From a virus (Duplodnaviria > Heunggongvirae > Uroviricota > Caudoviricetes), in IMG/VR virus record IMGVR_UViG_3300024272_000009: 64,000 nucleotides of DNA. One strand, given 5' to 3'. The notes beneath the pieces are model-generated. The model saw only the letters and a program-made list of their open reading frames with translations, did no database searches and was not told where the DNA came from. Shown in pieces: positions 20,032-29,043 of the stretch; positions within the stretch are counted from its first letter, which is position 1, and every line of letters starts with the position of its first letter. The position numbers were made by a program, and so were the translations under genes.

Positions 20032-20562
20032 TTAAACGCCTGTTGAACCGAAAGCTCCTTCTCCACGATTGGAAAATTCAAAATCTTTATAGAACTCATC
20101 AAGCGACATATTATTATACACTTCAACAGGAGAAATATCGATAAGTCTAGGAAGAAATTGTACTGCCTTCATACCATAAGGAAGCTCAATAACCTTACTC
20201 GTAGTGTTAATAAGACTAATGTGAATAATACCCTGATAGTTTGCATCAACTACGGAAGCGCCATAGACAAGACCATACTTGGTGGCAATACCAGATTTAT
20301 TCTGAGCCTCAAGAGCTACGTTAGGACTGATAAAACTACGAATACCAGAAGGAATATTAACACGTCCATGAGGCATAATACGAATAATTCCGACGCCATC
20401 AATATCAGTACTCAGATATGCCTGGTCAGGGTTGTTCTTAGCATTAAAAGCCTCTGCAAAAGCTTTGTTATAATTAGGAATGAAGAAGTCAATTCCAGCA
20501 TTTCCATAGTCTCTTACAGGTGCCTTAACGTCATAGCCAGGTTCAATAAAAAGTTTAATCAT
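20032..20562 (-). CDS. dut: dUTPase
   Basis: AGIDF, KSGIA, VVDANYQG, RGEGAFGSTG. Confidence 0.95.
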   Translation of the reverse strand: MIKLFIEPGYDVKAPVRDYGNAGIDFFIPNYNKAFAEAFNAKNNPDQAYLSTDIDGVGIIRIMPHGRVNIPSGIRSFISPNVALEAQNKSGIATKYGLVYGASVVDANYQGIIHISLINTTSKVIELPYGMKAVQFLPRLIDISPVEVYNNMSLDEFYKDFEFSNRGEGAFGSTGV

Positions 20563-20641
20563 TAGTTTAACTCTCCTTTAAAATTTATATACAAAATATA
20601 ATACAGTAAAAAATCGATAAAATTAGGAGTTAAAATAAAAA

Positions 20642-20668
20642 TACCGCTTAGAAAAATCCTAAGCGGTA
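20642..20668 (-). terminator. Rho-independent terminator
   Basis: 10-bp stem TACCGCTTAG/CTAAGCGGTA followed by TTTTTATTTT. Confidence 0.8.
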
Positions 20669-20800
20669 CTAAAAAGATTAAAGTATTAAATTATAAATAT
20701 CTTTTATTTATTGTATAAACAGTATCTTTAATTTATATTTTTGTATCTTTTTAGTATCACTTGAATTCATCTTTTAAGCTGGCCCGAAGGCCTTCTACTT

Positions 20801-20808
20801 AATTTAGC
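20801..20808 (-). promoter_or_regulatory. Putative late promoter GCTAAATT with no obvious downstream gene
   Basis: Motif followed by a C(UUCG)G hairpin and an AT-rich repeat tract. Confidence 0.5.
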
Positions 20809-20816
20809 GAATAATT

Positions 20817-21005
20817 TTATCGCTTTTTATCCCAAGATCTTAACGACCTTTGCGCAGGCATGCTAGCCGCATTATTTCTAGTTTTTAAGTACTGGTAGTA
20901 CTCATCGTTTGCTTCTTTACAATAATGCGAATTTGGCGTTACCATGCAGCCGCGGCCTGTCCAATATCTACAAAACGAACATTTAGTTTTAAGTTGATTG
21001 TTCAT
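20817..21005 (-). CDS. Small Cys-rich hypothetical protein
   Basis: CSFC...C...C; SD GGAG. Confidence 0.7.
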   Translation of the reverse strand: MNNQLKTKCSFCRYWTGRGCMVTPNSHYCKEANDEYYQYLKTRNNAASMPAQRSLRSWDKKR

Positions 21006-21017
21006 CTTTTCTCCTTG

Positions 21018-22028
21018 TTAGCTAAAAAAAGAATAAGTAACTTTACCGGTAGTAGTATCAATATTATAAATTTTAATATACTGCCTTGGATTAGCTTTTA
21101 GTGCAATCTTGAACAACTCAATAAAATTCTTAAACTCCTCTGTATCTTCTATTTTAATACCATCGATAGGGTCAAAAAATCGTCCACCCTTAACCTTACC
21201 TGCATCAAGAAGTGCGGATGCGAGTATAATTTCAGCATCATGTGGATTTTGTTCTTCTATTGACTCAAAGCTAAGGTCATGTAATAACTTTAAATCGAGG
21301 CGAGTAGTAACTTTAACGCCATTTTTAAGCGTAATAGTTAAATCATAGTCAGCTAATTGACCAGGGTCACCTCTATAAAGATAATCATCAAAACAATCAA
21401 GCTGACGTAGTTCTACGAATGGGCACTCTGCTGCAGCTTTTTCGAAAAGTTTTTGTTGTCTAAAACTATTAAGTTTGTATTGAGTTTTAGACTCTGCAGT
21501 TCCGATCCAAGCGACAGACCCAATACTGTTTAATTTTCTGGCAATTCTAGGGTCAATTACGCCATTATTAATAATAGCATTATAAATAGTATCACAAAGC
21601 ACACCATCAATACCTTTTATAGCATAAATCTTTGTACCATCTTTAGATTTTTCATTTATAAAAATATCAAGTTTATGCTTTATAAGGTCTGGTCCGGTAA
21701 ATTCTAACCAAATCAAATAACTCGTATTATTCTTATTAAAAGTACCGCACAGTGACGCTTTCGTATTTATCTTTAGGTTTTTACCGTAAGCAATCAATGC
21801 CTGTTTTTCGGTCTCCCATTCAGCTGCAGATAAAATTTGTCTATTTATAGTACTTTTTGGACATTTCCAATTATTTTCAGCAAACCATAAAATTGTATTA
21901 ATAGGCATAGTTACTGTTATATACTGATTTTCAAAACTATTAATATTTTCATTTGTATCTATAATAGCTGAGTTTACCGAATAGTCTCGTAAAATAGTGT
22001 CTTCTACTGGTATCTTTGGTATAAACAT
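21018..22028 (-). CDS. Hypothetical protein with a possible C-terminal PD-(D/E)XK motif
   Basis: ADYDL...RLDLK; start moved to MFIPKIP to avoid overlap with folA. Confidence 0.55.
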   Translation of the reverse strand: MFIPKIPVEDTILRDYSVNSAIIDTNENINSFENQYITVTMPINTILWFAENNWKCPKSTINRQILSAAEWETEKQALIAYGKNLKINTKASLCGTFNKNNTSYLIWLEFTGPDLIKHKLDIFINEKSKDGTKIYAIKGIDGVLCDTIYNAIINNGVIDPRIARKLNSIGSVAWIGTAESKTQYKLNSFRQQKLFEKAAAECPFVELRQLDCFDDYLYRGDPGQLADYDLTITLKNGVKVTTRLDLKLLHDLSFESIEEQNPHDAEIILASALLDAGKVKGGRFFDPIDGIKIEDTEEFKNFIELFKIALKANPRQYIKIYNIDTTTGKVTYSFFS

Positions 22029-22044
22029 AAAACTATAGTATCCT

Positions 22045-22536
22045 TTATTTTCTTGTGTAAGTATAAAGCTGGGTAAGGTACCCTTCATCCTCAACCGCTG
22101 GCAAAACATGAGTAACCTCGTAAGCGGTATTTGCATCAAGATTAGGGAAGTATACTTCAGCCTCTCCGTCAGCGTCTACCATATTCACATACACCTTATC
22201 ATAATAAGGAAGCATACTCCGATAAAGCATAGCTCCACCAATTATAAATACAGGATGATTCTTGGCAAGCTCCTTAACAAGTCTTATCATTTCATCAAAA
22301 TCGTGAATACAGAAGCAGTCGTCTCTTTCTACTTCTTCGGGGCAAAGACAAATTGTCGAGCGGCCCTTGAGAGGCTTACTTCCAGGAAAACTCAAAAGTG
22401 TATTATATCCACACACTACAATACTGTCTGCAGTAGTCTGTCTAAAGAACTGCATATCCTTCTTCAAGTGAAAAAGAAGATCATTCTTCTTTCCGATACC
22501 CCATTTGTTATCTACACAAACAATTCCAATAATCAT
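22045..22536 (-). CDS. folA: Dihydrofolate reductase
   Basis: WGIGKKNDLLF, DMQFF, GYNT, PLKGR, IIGGA. Confidence 0.95.
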   Translation of the reverse strand: MIIGIVCVDNKWGIGKKNDLLFHLKKDMQFFRQTTADSIVVCGYNTLLSFPGSKPLKGRSTICLCPEEVERDDCFCIHDFDEMIRLVKELAKNHPVFIIGGAMLYRSMLPYYDKVYVNMVDADGEAEVYFPNLDANTAYEVTHVLPAVEDEGYLTQLYTYTRK

Positions 22537-23003
22537 TATTTAGTCTCCTTTTCAATCAGTTGAAGCAAAAGATTACTATGCTCTGAACGTAAATAAATAA
22601 CGCCTTTACTATTTATAATACTATTTATCCCGGCATTTTTTATAAGTCTTAAGCAAATTTCACAAGGCCATGCTTCACATTCAACTGCTTCGCCTGTTCT
22701 AACATCAAAGCCAGCAAGGTAAAGATCAGCTCCAAGCATTTCATTTCTACTTGCAGAAATAATTGCATTCATTTCTGCGTGAACAGCTGGGCAGTCAATA
22801 TAAGTCGAAGCATCTTTGCCATTTTTACATTTAGTACACGTATAACAGTGAGGCTCTCCACGAGGCGGGTTGTTATAACCAGTGCTTACAATTTCTCCAT
22901 TTTTTACGATAACTGCCCCGTAGTGTTTTCGAATACAGGTAGACCTTGCTGATACGGCTTTCGCAATACCAAGATAATATTCATCAATAGAAGGTCGTGT
23001 CAT
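22536..23003 (-). CDS. dCMP deaminase
   Basis: RSTC, GAVIV, TGYN, HAEMNA, PCEIC. Confidence 0.92.
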   Translation of the reverse strand: MTRPSIDEYYLGIAKAVSARSTCIRKHYGAVIVKNGEIVSTGYNNPPRGEPHCYTCTKCKNGKDASTYIDCPAVHAEMNAIISASRNEMLGADLYLAGFDVRTGEAVECEAWPCEICLRLIKNAGINSIINSKGVIYLRSEHSNLLLQLIEKETK

Positions 23004-23044
23004 TTTAAATCCTCCATAAACTTTTATATTATAATATACAATAA

Positions 23045-23073
23045 AAAGCAGGCTATTTTTTACAGCCTGCTTT
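23045..23073 (-). terminator. Terminator closing the NAD operon, fused to the next promoter
   Basis: 10-bp stem AAAGCAGGCT/AGCCTGCTTT followed by TTATTGTATATTATAAT. Confidence 0.8.
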
Positions 23074-23078
23074 AATTA

Positions 23079-23627
23079 TCACATTTCGCTATAAGTTTTT
23101 CTAAGAAAATCTTTATTATTTTTGTACCATTCAAAGAAAGCTTCTTCGCCACATGTTACTAAATTTTTAATTTGAGCATCTAAAAACTTAACAGAAGCCT
23201 CATGCATAATTCGCTTACCAACACATTTATTATTCCAGTAGTCAAGAAGCATTTGAGGTTCCCAACTATCTGGATTATATGCCTTGCTAGCGCCTAGCAT
23301 ATCACAAAAACTTTCAATAAGATACTTATAGGGCATCTTCATTGGAATGATTTTACCTTCTTCATCCTCATCCCACCAAAACTGAAAGTGATGTTTATTC
23401 ATGTGATAGTGATGAATCCAGCTGGGAGAATAGCCAAGCTGTTCACGTGCCACTTGATGCGGACTGCCTTTACCTGTGTAATATTTACACATACTAAGTT
23501 CGGTAATAGAATACTTACTCAAGTCATGAGTCAAACCTTGCCAAAATAACCCCATTTTAAAACAAGCTTTTCTAACAAACTTTCTATGAATGTGTACAGT
23601 TTTTAAATGTTTAAATAAATTTTTCAT
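23079..23627 (-). CDS. DUF5662-like HD-related metal-dependent hydrolase
   Basis: H..HR, HDLSK, HHYHMNKHH, IESFCD; start moved to MKNLFKH. Confidence 0.75.
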   Translation of the reverse strand: MKNLFKHLKTVHIHRKFVRKACFKMGLFWQGLTHDLSKYSITELSMCKYYTGKGSPHQVAREQLGYSPSWIHHYHMNKHHFQFWWDEDEEGKIIPMKMPYKYLIESFCDMLGASKAYNPDSWEPQMLLDYWNNKCVGKRIMHEASVKFLDAQIKNLVTCGEEAFFEWYKNNKDFLRKTYSEM

Positions 23628-23637
23628 ACTTTTCCTT

Positions 23638-24351
23638 TTAATACGACTCCACTTTAGGAGGCATTTGTCTCTTGTGTTCTGCCCAAGCAATCATGTTTTT
23701 AATCTTATCGATGTTAGGGCCCTCAATGCCGTACATAAGGTAGTCATCGAGTTCATCATAGGTGAAACCAAAGTTATCTTCGTCGGTCTTACTGGTAAGT
23801 CCGTCAGCAGGTTTCTTAATGATATAGTTAATATCAAGACCGAAATCCTCAGCGAGTTCCTTACCGATCTCGATTACTTCACGACAAGTAAGGTGTCCGA
23901 TAGGATTGAAGTCGCAAGCAGAATCACCAAACTTTGTAGTCCAGCCAATCATAGCCTCGGACTTATTGCCGGTGCCAATAACGAGATAGCCAAGGGACTG
24001 AGCAATAGCGTAAAGCACCGTCATTCTGATACGAGGTGCGATATTAGTCTTTGCTTTGTCAGAAATATTCATATAAGTGTCATGAATAAGAGTATCAAAA
24101 GTATTCTGAATATTTACCAACGGCGAAGTCAATTTCAAAGTCGTAATAATATCTCTAACATCACCAATATCAGACTGTCTGCCATTAGGCATAGATACAG
24201 CAATTACATTATCACCAAAGACCTTCTTTGCAAGCATTGCCACTACTGTAGAATCTTTTCCCCCGGAAAGCCCAAGGACTACACCTTTAACACTATTTTT
24301 CTCTTTAAACTCATACATCCAGTCGATAATTCTATTTAATTTCTCAGACAT
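23638..24351 (-). CDS. nadE: NH3-dependent NAD+ synthetase
   Basis: GLSGGKDS, NIAPRIRM, GTGNKSE, TKFGD, KPADGL, TDEDNFG; no glutaminase domain. Confidence 0.95.
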   Translation of the reverse strand: MSEKLNRIIDWMYEFKEKNSVKGVVLGLSGGKDSTVVAMLAKKVFGDNVIAVSMPNGRQSDIGDVRDIITTLKLTSPLVNIQNTFDTLIHDTYMNISDKAKTNIAPRIRMTVLYAIAQSLGYLVIGTGNKSEAMIGWTTKFGDSACDFNPIGHLTCREVIEIGKELAEDFGLDINYIIKKPADGLTSKTDEDNFGFTYDELDDYLMYGIEGPNIDKIKNMIAWAEHKRQMPPKVESY

Positions 24352-24362
24352 TTGAGCACTCC

Positions 24363-24878
24363 TTAAACTACGTTTACCTGACAACTCTTCATAACCTCAA
24401 TAGCTGCTGCATGCTTTTCAGGAGAAAGCCCTGCACAAAGATTCTCGATAACAGTTACCTTAAGCTCTGGATAAGCGGCCTTAATTGCAAGTACATTACT
24501 TACTACACAAATATCAGTACAGGTTCCGACAACAACTACTTCATTGAAGTGATTATCAAAACCATACTGACCCCAGTTAGCAAAACCAAAAGTAGGTTTA
24601 AATACTGTGTAGTTAACTCGGTCATTAGTTACAGCCGCGATTTGTGCATTAAGCCTGTGACCTTCTGTATTAATAATACAATGTGCGAACGGAAGATTCT
24701 TACCTTCCTGAGTCTCAAGATAATTCTCCTGATGAGTATCATAGGTTACACAAAGCTTACCTGTCCAATTTTTAGCAAGCTCTACAATACCTGTAACGAT
24801 TGCCTGCGCAGCAGGATTTGCAAGCGCGCCGTCAATAAAGTCATTCTGCATATCAACAATAATAAGTAACTTATCCAT
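24363..24878 (-). CDS. pncA: Nicotinamidase (isochorismatase family)
   Basis: IVDMQNDF, DTH, HC, FKPTFG, GTCTDICV. Confidence 0.9.
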   Translation of the reverse strand: MDKLLIIVDMQNDFIDGALANPAAQAIVTGIVELAKNWTGKLCVTYDTHQENYLETQEGKNLPFAHCIINTEGHRLNAQIAAVTNDRVNYTVFKPTFGFANWGQYGFDNHFNEVVVVGTCTDICVVSNVLAIKAAYPELKVTVIENLCAGLSPEKHAAAIEVMKSCQVNVV

Positions 24879-24879
24879 A

Positions 24880-25419
24880 TTATACCTCTTCTAATATATT
24901 TTTATATTCTTTGAACTTGTCAAACAACTCATAAGGAACCATTTTACACCACTGTTCGTAATCATTTGCAAGTAGCGCCTGACGGCACCAGGTACCAGAT
25001 ACGTCAATATTTTTACGAGTCATTCTTAATTCATCTGTATTTGGCGCAATAACATCTGTAAACCAAGAAGCACGTTCTTTTTCGCAGCCGGTTACATAAA
25101 GGTCAGGGAGTCGGTGAAATTCTTTATTAAAAGTATTCATTACATACTCTCCCCAAGAAGAGTTATTACCTGCACCGATATCAGGAAGCGGACGAATCAA
25201 AAGCTTTTTACAAATGCATTCCGCAACAAAAACTCTTTCAAACATCTCAACGCGTTCTTCATAACTAAAAGGGTTGGTAGTAGTGCGCTGCTCTTGGCTT
25301 GAGCCGATATAGACAACTACCTGGTCACAAAACTCAAGAGCATGCTTTACCATTGCTACATGTCCCTTATGAAGCACTTGGAAACGGCCGAGGACCATTC
25401 CTAAATTATAAAGCTTCAT
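24880..25419 (-). CDS. NadM-type NMN/NaMN adenylyltransferase
   Basis: GRFQVLHKGH, IGSSQ, NPFSYEER, VSGT; TAATG overlap with pncB. Confidence 0.9.
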   Translation of the reverse strand: MKLYNLGMVLGRFQVLHKGHVAMVKHALEFCDQVVVYIGSSQEQRTTTNPFSYEERVEMFERVFVAECICKKLLIRPLPDIGAGNNSSWGEYVMNTFNKEFHRLPDLYVTGCEKERASWFTDVIAPNTDELRMTRKNIDVSGTWCRQALLANDYEQWCKMVPYELFDKFKEYKNILEEV

Positions 25420-26618
25420 TAGTGCTCCATTCTCCAAGTGATGGTTCGATTAAGGTAGTCTACATAATCCTGATTCTTGCACATTCCCTTACCGGGGACG
25501 TCAGAAATCTTAGCAACGTCGGTACCATTACACTTAGTAGTTTTCATAACGATGTTAAGAGCGGGCATATCAGTGTCATTAGAGATATATGTACCAATAC
25601 CAAACGCGGGCTTAGCTTTATCCTTAAAATACTTGTTAAGGGCTGTTGCCTTCTCAAAGTTAAGACTGTCACTAAAAAGAAGAGTCTTACCCTTAGGGTC
25701 AATACCGAGAGACTTGTAGTGCTCAATCATGAAGTCACCCCATTCATAAGGATCACCGGAATCGTGTCTAACGCCACTAAAAAGAGTAGCATAAGTGAGC
25801 TGGAAGTCCTTAGCAAAACACTTAGTAGTAATAGTATCAGTAAGCGCGATACCATTGAGGATACCATATTCCTTAACCCAAGCATCGAGAGCGTACCAGT
25901 TCGAATAAGCAGGATTATGCTTAAGATTACCTTGACCGGTGCACATAATCCATTCATGTGCCATAGTACCTACAGGAGTCAAACCATACTTCTTTGCAAG
26001 ATATACATTAGAGGTGCCAATGAAGTGAGAAGTTTCGGAAGAGGTAGCTGCAAGCTTCTGAACAGCCAGCTCCTGAGCTTCACTGGACAAACGTCTTCTG
26101 AGACCAAACTCACTATAAGTACCGAGGAAATACTCTTTATCAATCTTGTCGATCTTTTCATCGAGCTTTTTCTTGAAGCTCTCAAATCTTTCCTCGTAGC
26201 TGTAGTTCATTCTAAAATAAACTTCATTAACGATTGCGAGAGTAGGGATCTCATACATAGAAGTATTCAACCAAGAGCCGTCTGTCTCAATCGCGAGACC
26301 GCATGCTGCATCGGTAGTAATTGTGAAATCCTCAAATCTCGGCTGCCAGAGACGAAGGAAATTAATATAAGAAGGCTTAAACCACTTAATATTTCCGAGG
26401 TAGGCAAGCTCATCCTCAGTAAAACGAAGTTTGCAATAAGCTCTAAGTTGCTCTTTGATTTCCTCTACCATCTCCTGAGTGAAGAAAACATCCTTGTTTC
26501 TGCACTTAAAAGTCCAAGTTGTCATGTAACTGGGGAACTGATGATAGATTGCCTGACCCATGGAAAACTTGTAGAGGTCAGTTTCAAGCAACGAGTTAAT
26601 AATAGGATTAAGTTTCAT
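25419..26618 (-). CDS. pncB: Nicotinate phosphoribosyltransferase
   Basis: LLETDLYKFSM, EFGLRRR, GTMAHEW, ALTDT, GVRHDSGDP, FSDSL, FGIGT, KISD (E. coli PncB-type). Confidence 0.93.
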   Translation of the reverse strand: MKLNPIINSLLETDLYKFSMGQAIYHQFPSYMTTWTFKCRNKDVFFTQEMVEEIKEQLRAYCKLRFTEDELAYLGNIKWFKPSYINFLRLWQPRFEDFTITTDAACGLAIETDGSWLNTSMYEIPTLAIVNEVYFRMNYSYEERFESFKKKLDEKIDKIDKEYFLGTYSEFGLRRRLSSEAQELAVQKLAATSSETSHFIGTSNVYLAKKYGLTPVGTMAHEWIMCTGQGNLKHNPAYSNWYALDAWVKEYGILNGIALTDTITTKCFAKDFQLTYATLFSGVRHDSGDPYEWGDFMIEHYKSLGIDPKGKTLLFSDSLNFEKATALNKYFKDKAKPAFGIGTYISNDTDMPALNIVMKTTKCNGTDVAKISDVPGKGMCKNQDYVDYLNRTITWRMEH

Positions 26619-26647
26619 AATTCATGTTACTCCTGTTTATTATTTTT

Positions 26648-26693
26648 ATATTATATAATACAATAAAGGTAGGCTATTTTTCAAGCCTACCTT
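26648..26693 (-). promoter_or_regulatory. Terminator/promoter cassette upstream of the NAD operon
   Basis: Stem AAGGTAGGCT/AGCCTACCTT then TTATTGTATTATATAAT. Confidence 0.75.
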
Positions 26694-26702
26694 AACATTA
26701 TT

Positions 26703-26912
26703 TTACGTTTTATCCAGCATTTTTTGTGCTTTGATATATTCTTTTTTGAAGTCTTTAAGAAAAGCAATAGCGTCTCTGCACTCATCACAAACCCAAGGTG
26801 TACTGCAATAAGTCATTCCTTCCGGAAGACGTCTTGTGTTTTCACAGCACAAACATCGTTGGGAATAGTAAATTGTTGAACCTGTAGAAGTATGAATTGA
26901 AGCAGTTCCCAT
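26703..26912 (-). CDS. Small Zn-finger-like protein
   Basis: CLCC...CDEC; TAATG coupling to thyA. Confidence 0.65.
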   Translation of the reverse strand: MGTASIHTSTGSTIYYSQRCLCCENTRRLPEGMTYCSTPWVCDECRDAIAFLKDFKKEYIKAQKMLDKT

Positions 26913-27757
26913 TACTCCGCTACCTCAAACTTAGTAGCAAGCTTAGTAGACTGATAACCAATAAGCTCAAAGTCATCTTCTGTAAAGTCATAAAAATCCT
27001 TTACGTCTGGATTAAGCTTAAGCTGAGGACCAGGATATTCAGGATTTTCCATAACTTCCTTAACAAGGTCTACATGACGGTCGTAAATATGAAGATTATT
27101 TACAATATGGACAAGTGTACCAGGCTGATAACCACAAACCTGTGCAAGCATATGTACCAAAACTGCATATTGAATAGTATCCCAACCACCAGAGGCAGCA
27201 GCTGCAAGCAAGTCACCTGAACGCTGAATTACGGTACAATTAAGCTTTCCGTCAGAAACATCCCAAAGAGTCTCATACACACACGGAGGAAGATTCATCT
27301 CATTAAGGTCCTGAGGACACCACATAGTAGTAATCATTCTGCGGTCCATTGGCTTATTCTTCAAAAGATAAATAAGATTATCTACCTGGTCAAACTTGCC
27401 GTAGCCATAATCAGATACCTTACCAAGCTGATAGCCATAGGTCTTACCAATAGTTCCGTCTTCACCTTCCCAAGCTCTCCAAATAGAAGCAGATTTGCCC
27501 AGTTCATTTACAACATTAGACTTCTTCTGCCACATCCATAGAAGCTCTCTTACCACGCCCTTAAAAGCCTGAGTTCTGAGAGTAAGAATAGGAAATTCTT
27601 TAGAAAGGTCGTAAGTTCTAACTGCACAGAAAGTCTTAATTGTGTGCGCAGGAGTGCCGTCGGGCCACTTAGGTCTTACGGGATAATCCTTGTCATTAAA
27701 ACCATTAGTAAGAAGTTCGTTTACTTCATCTTTAAAATAAAGATCTGCAATGCTCAT
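26912..27757 (-). CDS. thyA: Thymidylate synthase
   Basis: EFPILT, DRRM, LPPC, QRSGD, HIYDRH. Confidence 0.96.
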   Translation of the reverse strand: MSIADLYFKDEVNELLTNGFNDKDYPVRPKWPDGTPAHTIKTFCAVRTYDLSKEFPILTLRTQAFKGVVRELLWMWQKKSNVVNELGKSASIWRAWEGEDGTIGKTYGYQLGKVSDYGYGKFDQVDNLIYLLKNKPMDRRMITTMWCPQDLNEMNLPPCVYETLWDVSDGKLNCTVIQRSGDLLAAAASGGWDTIQYAVLVHMLAQVCGYQPGTLVHIVNNLHIYDRHVDLVKEVMENPEYPGPQLKLNPDVKDFYDFTEDDFELIGYQSTKLATKFEVAE

Positions 27758-27787
27758 TTAATATAATTCCTTTCAATTAATACTATA

Positions 27788-28195
27788 TTATACACTAAAT
27801 TTTGTTTGATTTAGTTTAATTTTTGCGGCCATTTCTGGAGAATAATAATCGATATTAGCTTCCCAATCAGGTTTATTATAAATATACTGCATGTACTTTT
27901 CTACTGCGTATGGAAGCTTTGTAATATAGTCTGTTAGAAAAACAAGAAGCTTTTCCCACTCTGCATCCTGTTCAAGTCGACCTTTTACTCTGCCTCCGAT
28001 AAAAAGTCTTTCTTGAATAATCTCATTAGTCAACTGTTCTGCAGTATGAGTTTTCCACTGTGACGACATCTCAGGAAGGTAGTCCATAACGTGCTGTACG
28101 CAACCTCCTGGAGCAAGGTGGTTATCTCTATTTACGGCATACCTAAATTCTGCAATTAAAAGCTGATATAAATCTTTTTCATCAAGCTTTACCAT
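27788..28195 (-). CDS. Hypothetical protein
   Basis: SD GGAG, own promoter. Confidence 0.75.
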   Translation of the reverse strand: MVKLDEKDLYQLLIAEFRYAVNRDNHLAPGGCVQHVMDYLPEMSSQWKTHTAEQLTNEIIQERLFIGGRVKGRLEQDAEWEKLLVFLTDYITKLPYAVEKYMQYIYNKPDWEANIDYYSPEMAAKIKLNQTKFSV

Positions 28196-28273
28196 TTTAT
28201 TCTCCTTGGTAAATTAAATTTATATTATATAATACAATAAAAAACGGCCACATTTAGTGACCGTTTAATTATT

Positions 28274-28990
28274 TTAGTTATAATCTTTGTATTGCTCTGG
28301 AATATCGTAGTAGCTATGATATATATTTGGCTTAAAGAGCTTAAGAATACTAAATTTCTCAAGTTTTACTTTACAGTGATTTATTGCTTTCCAGCAAGGG
28401 AAAGGTACCATATAGCCGACAATATCACAGTGATCATAGAAGTTATAAGCCTCTGCACAGCAAGATTTTACAAAGTTATATGTATCTTTACCAAAGAAAG
28501 GCTTAACACTTCCATAGGTATAAAGGTATGGTTTAATACCAAACTTAAAATAAATATCTTCTGCACAAAGTTGTGCTAATCCGGAACCAAGGGACCAGCC
28601 AAAAACTTCTATAAAGCAATCAGGATGCTCTTCTAATAAAGTGGCAATTTTAGCTCTTACCGTCTGCTGACATACAAGCCACATTCCACCCCAACCTCTA
28701 TGTACTTTTAGCTGAATTAGCTTGCCGTCAAAAGTAAACTTGTCATAAATTTTAGAAGCAAAATTAAAATTTACGCGCCAGTCTGATTTTGTAGAAGTTT
28801 GCTCAAAAAGCACTTGGATGCAATTTCTTGTTGTATCAAAGCGTACTTGATATTCCGCTAAATAATCTTTGCCGCGATAACTATAGGGTATACTTTCATA
28901 TTTAGCTATTTCTAGGTCAGTTGCTCGCCCATTACAATTTTCAGAGCATATTATAAAGTAGTCCTCAAAATTTAATCTTTTATAATCCAT
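28274..28990 (-). CDS. Class 3 lipase-like alpha/beta hydrolase
   Basis: VHRGW, GWSLG nucleophile elbow, TYGS, D.VG.MV, H near the C-terminus; start moved to MDYKRL. Confidence 0.85.
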   Translation of the reverse strand: MDYKRLNFEDYFIICSENCNGRATDLEIAKYESIPYSYRGKDYLAEYQVRFDTTRNCIQVLFEQTSTKSDWRVNFNFASKIYDKFTFDGKLIQLKVHRGWGGMWLVCQQTVRAKIATLLEEHPDCFIEVFGWSLGSGLAQLCAEDIYFKFGIKPYLYTYGSVKPFFGKDTYNFVKSCCAEAYNFYDHCDIVGYMVPFPCWKAINHCKVKLEKFSILKLFKPNIYHSYYDIPEQYKDYN

Positions 28991-29013
28991 ACTAAGTCCT
29001 CCTGTTTCTATAT

Positions 29014-29022
29014 AATTTAGCA
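29014..29022 (-). promoter_or_regulatory. Putative late promoter TGCTAAATT
   Basis: 24 nt before the lipase start. Confidence 0.6.
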
Positions 29023-29043
29023 CTTAGTATAGATATATAAATT

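Noticed and set aside
25299-26666. 455-aa + strand ORF
   Set aside because: Antisense shadow of pncB; no motifs, and it lies opposite a well-conserved gene.
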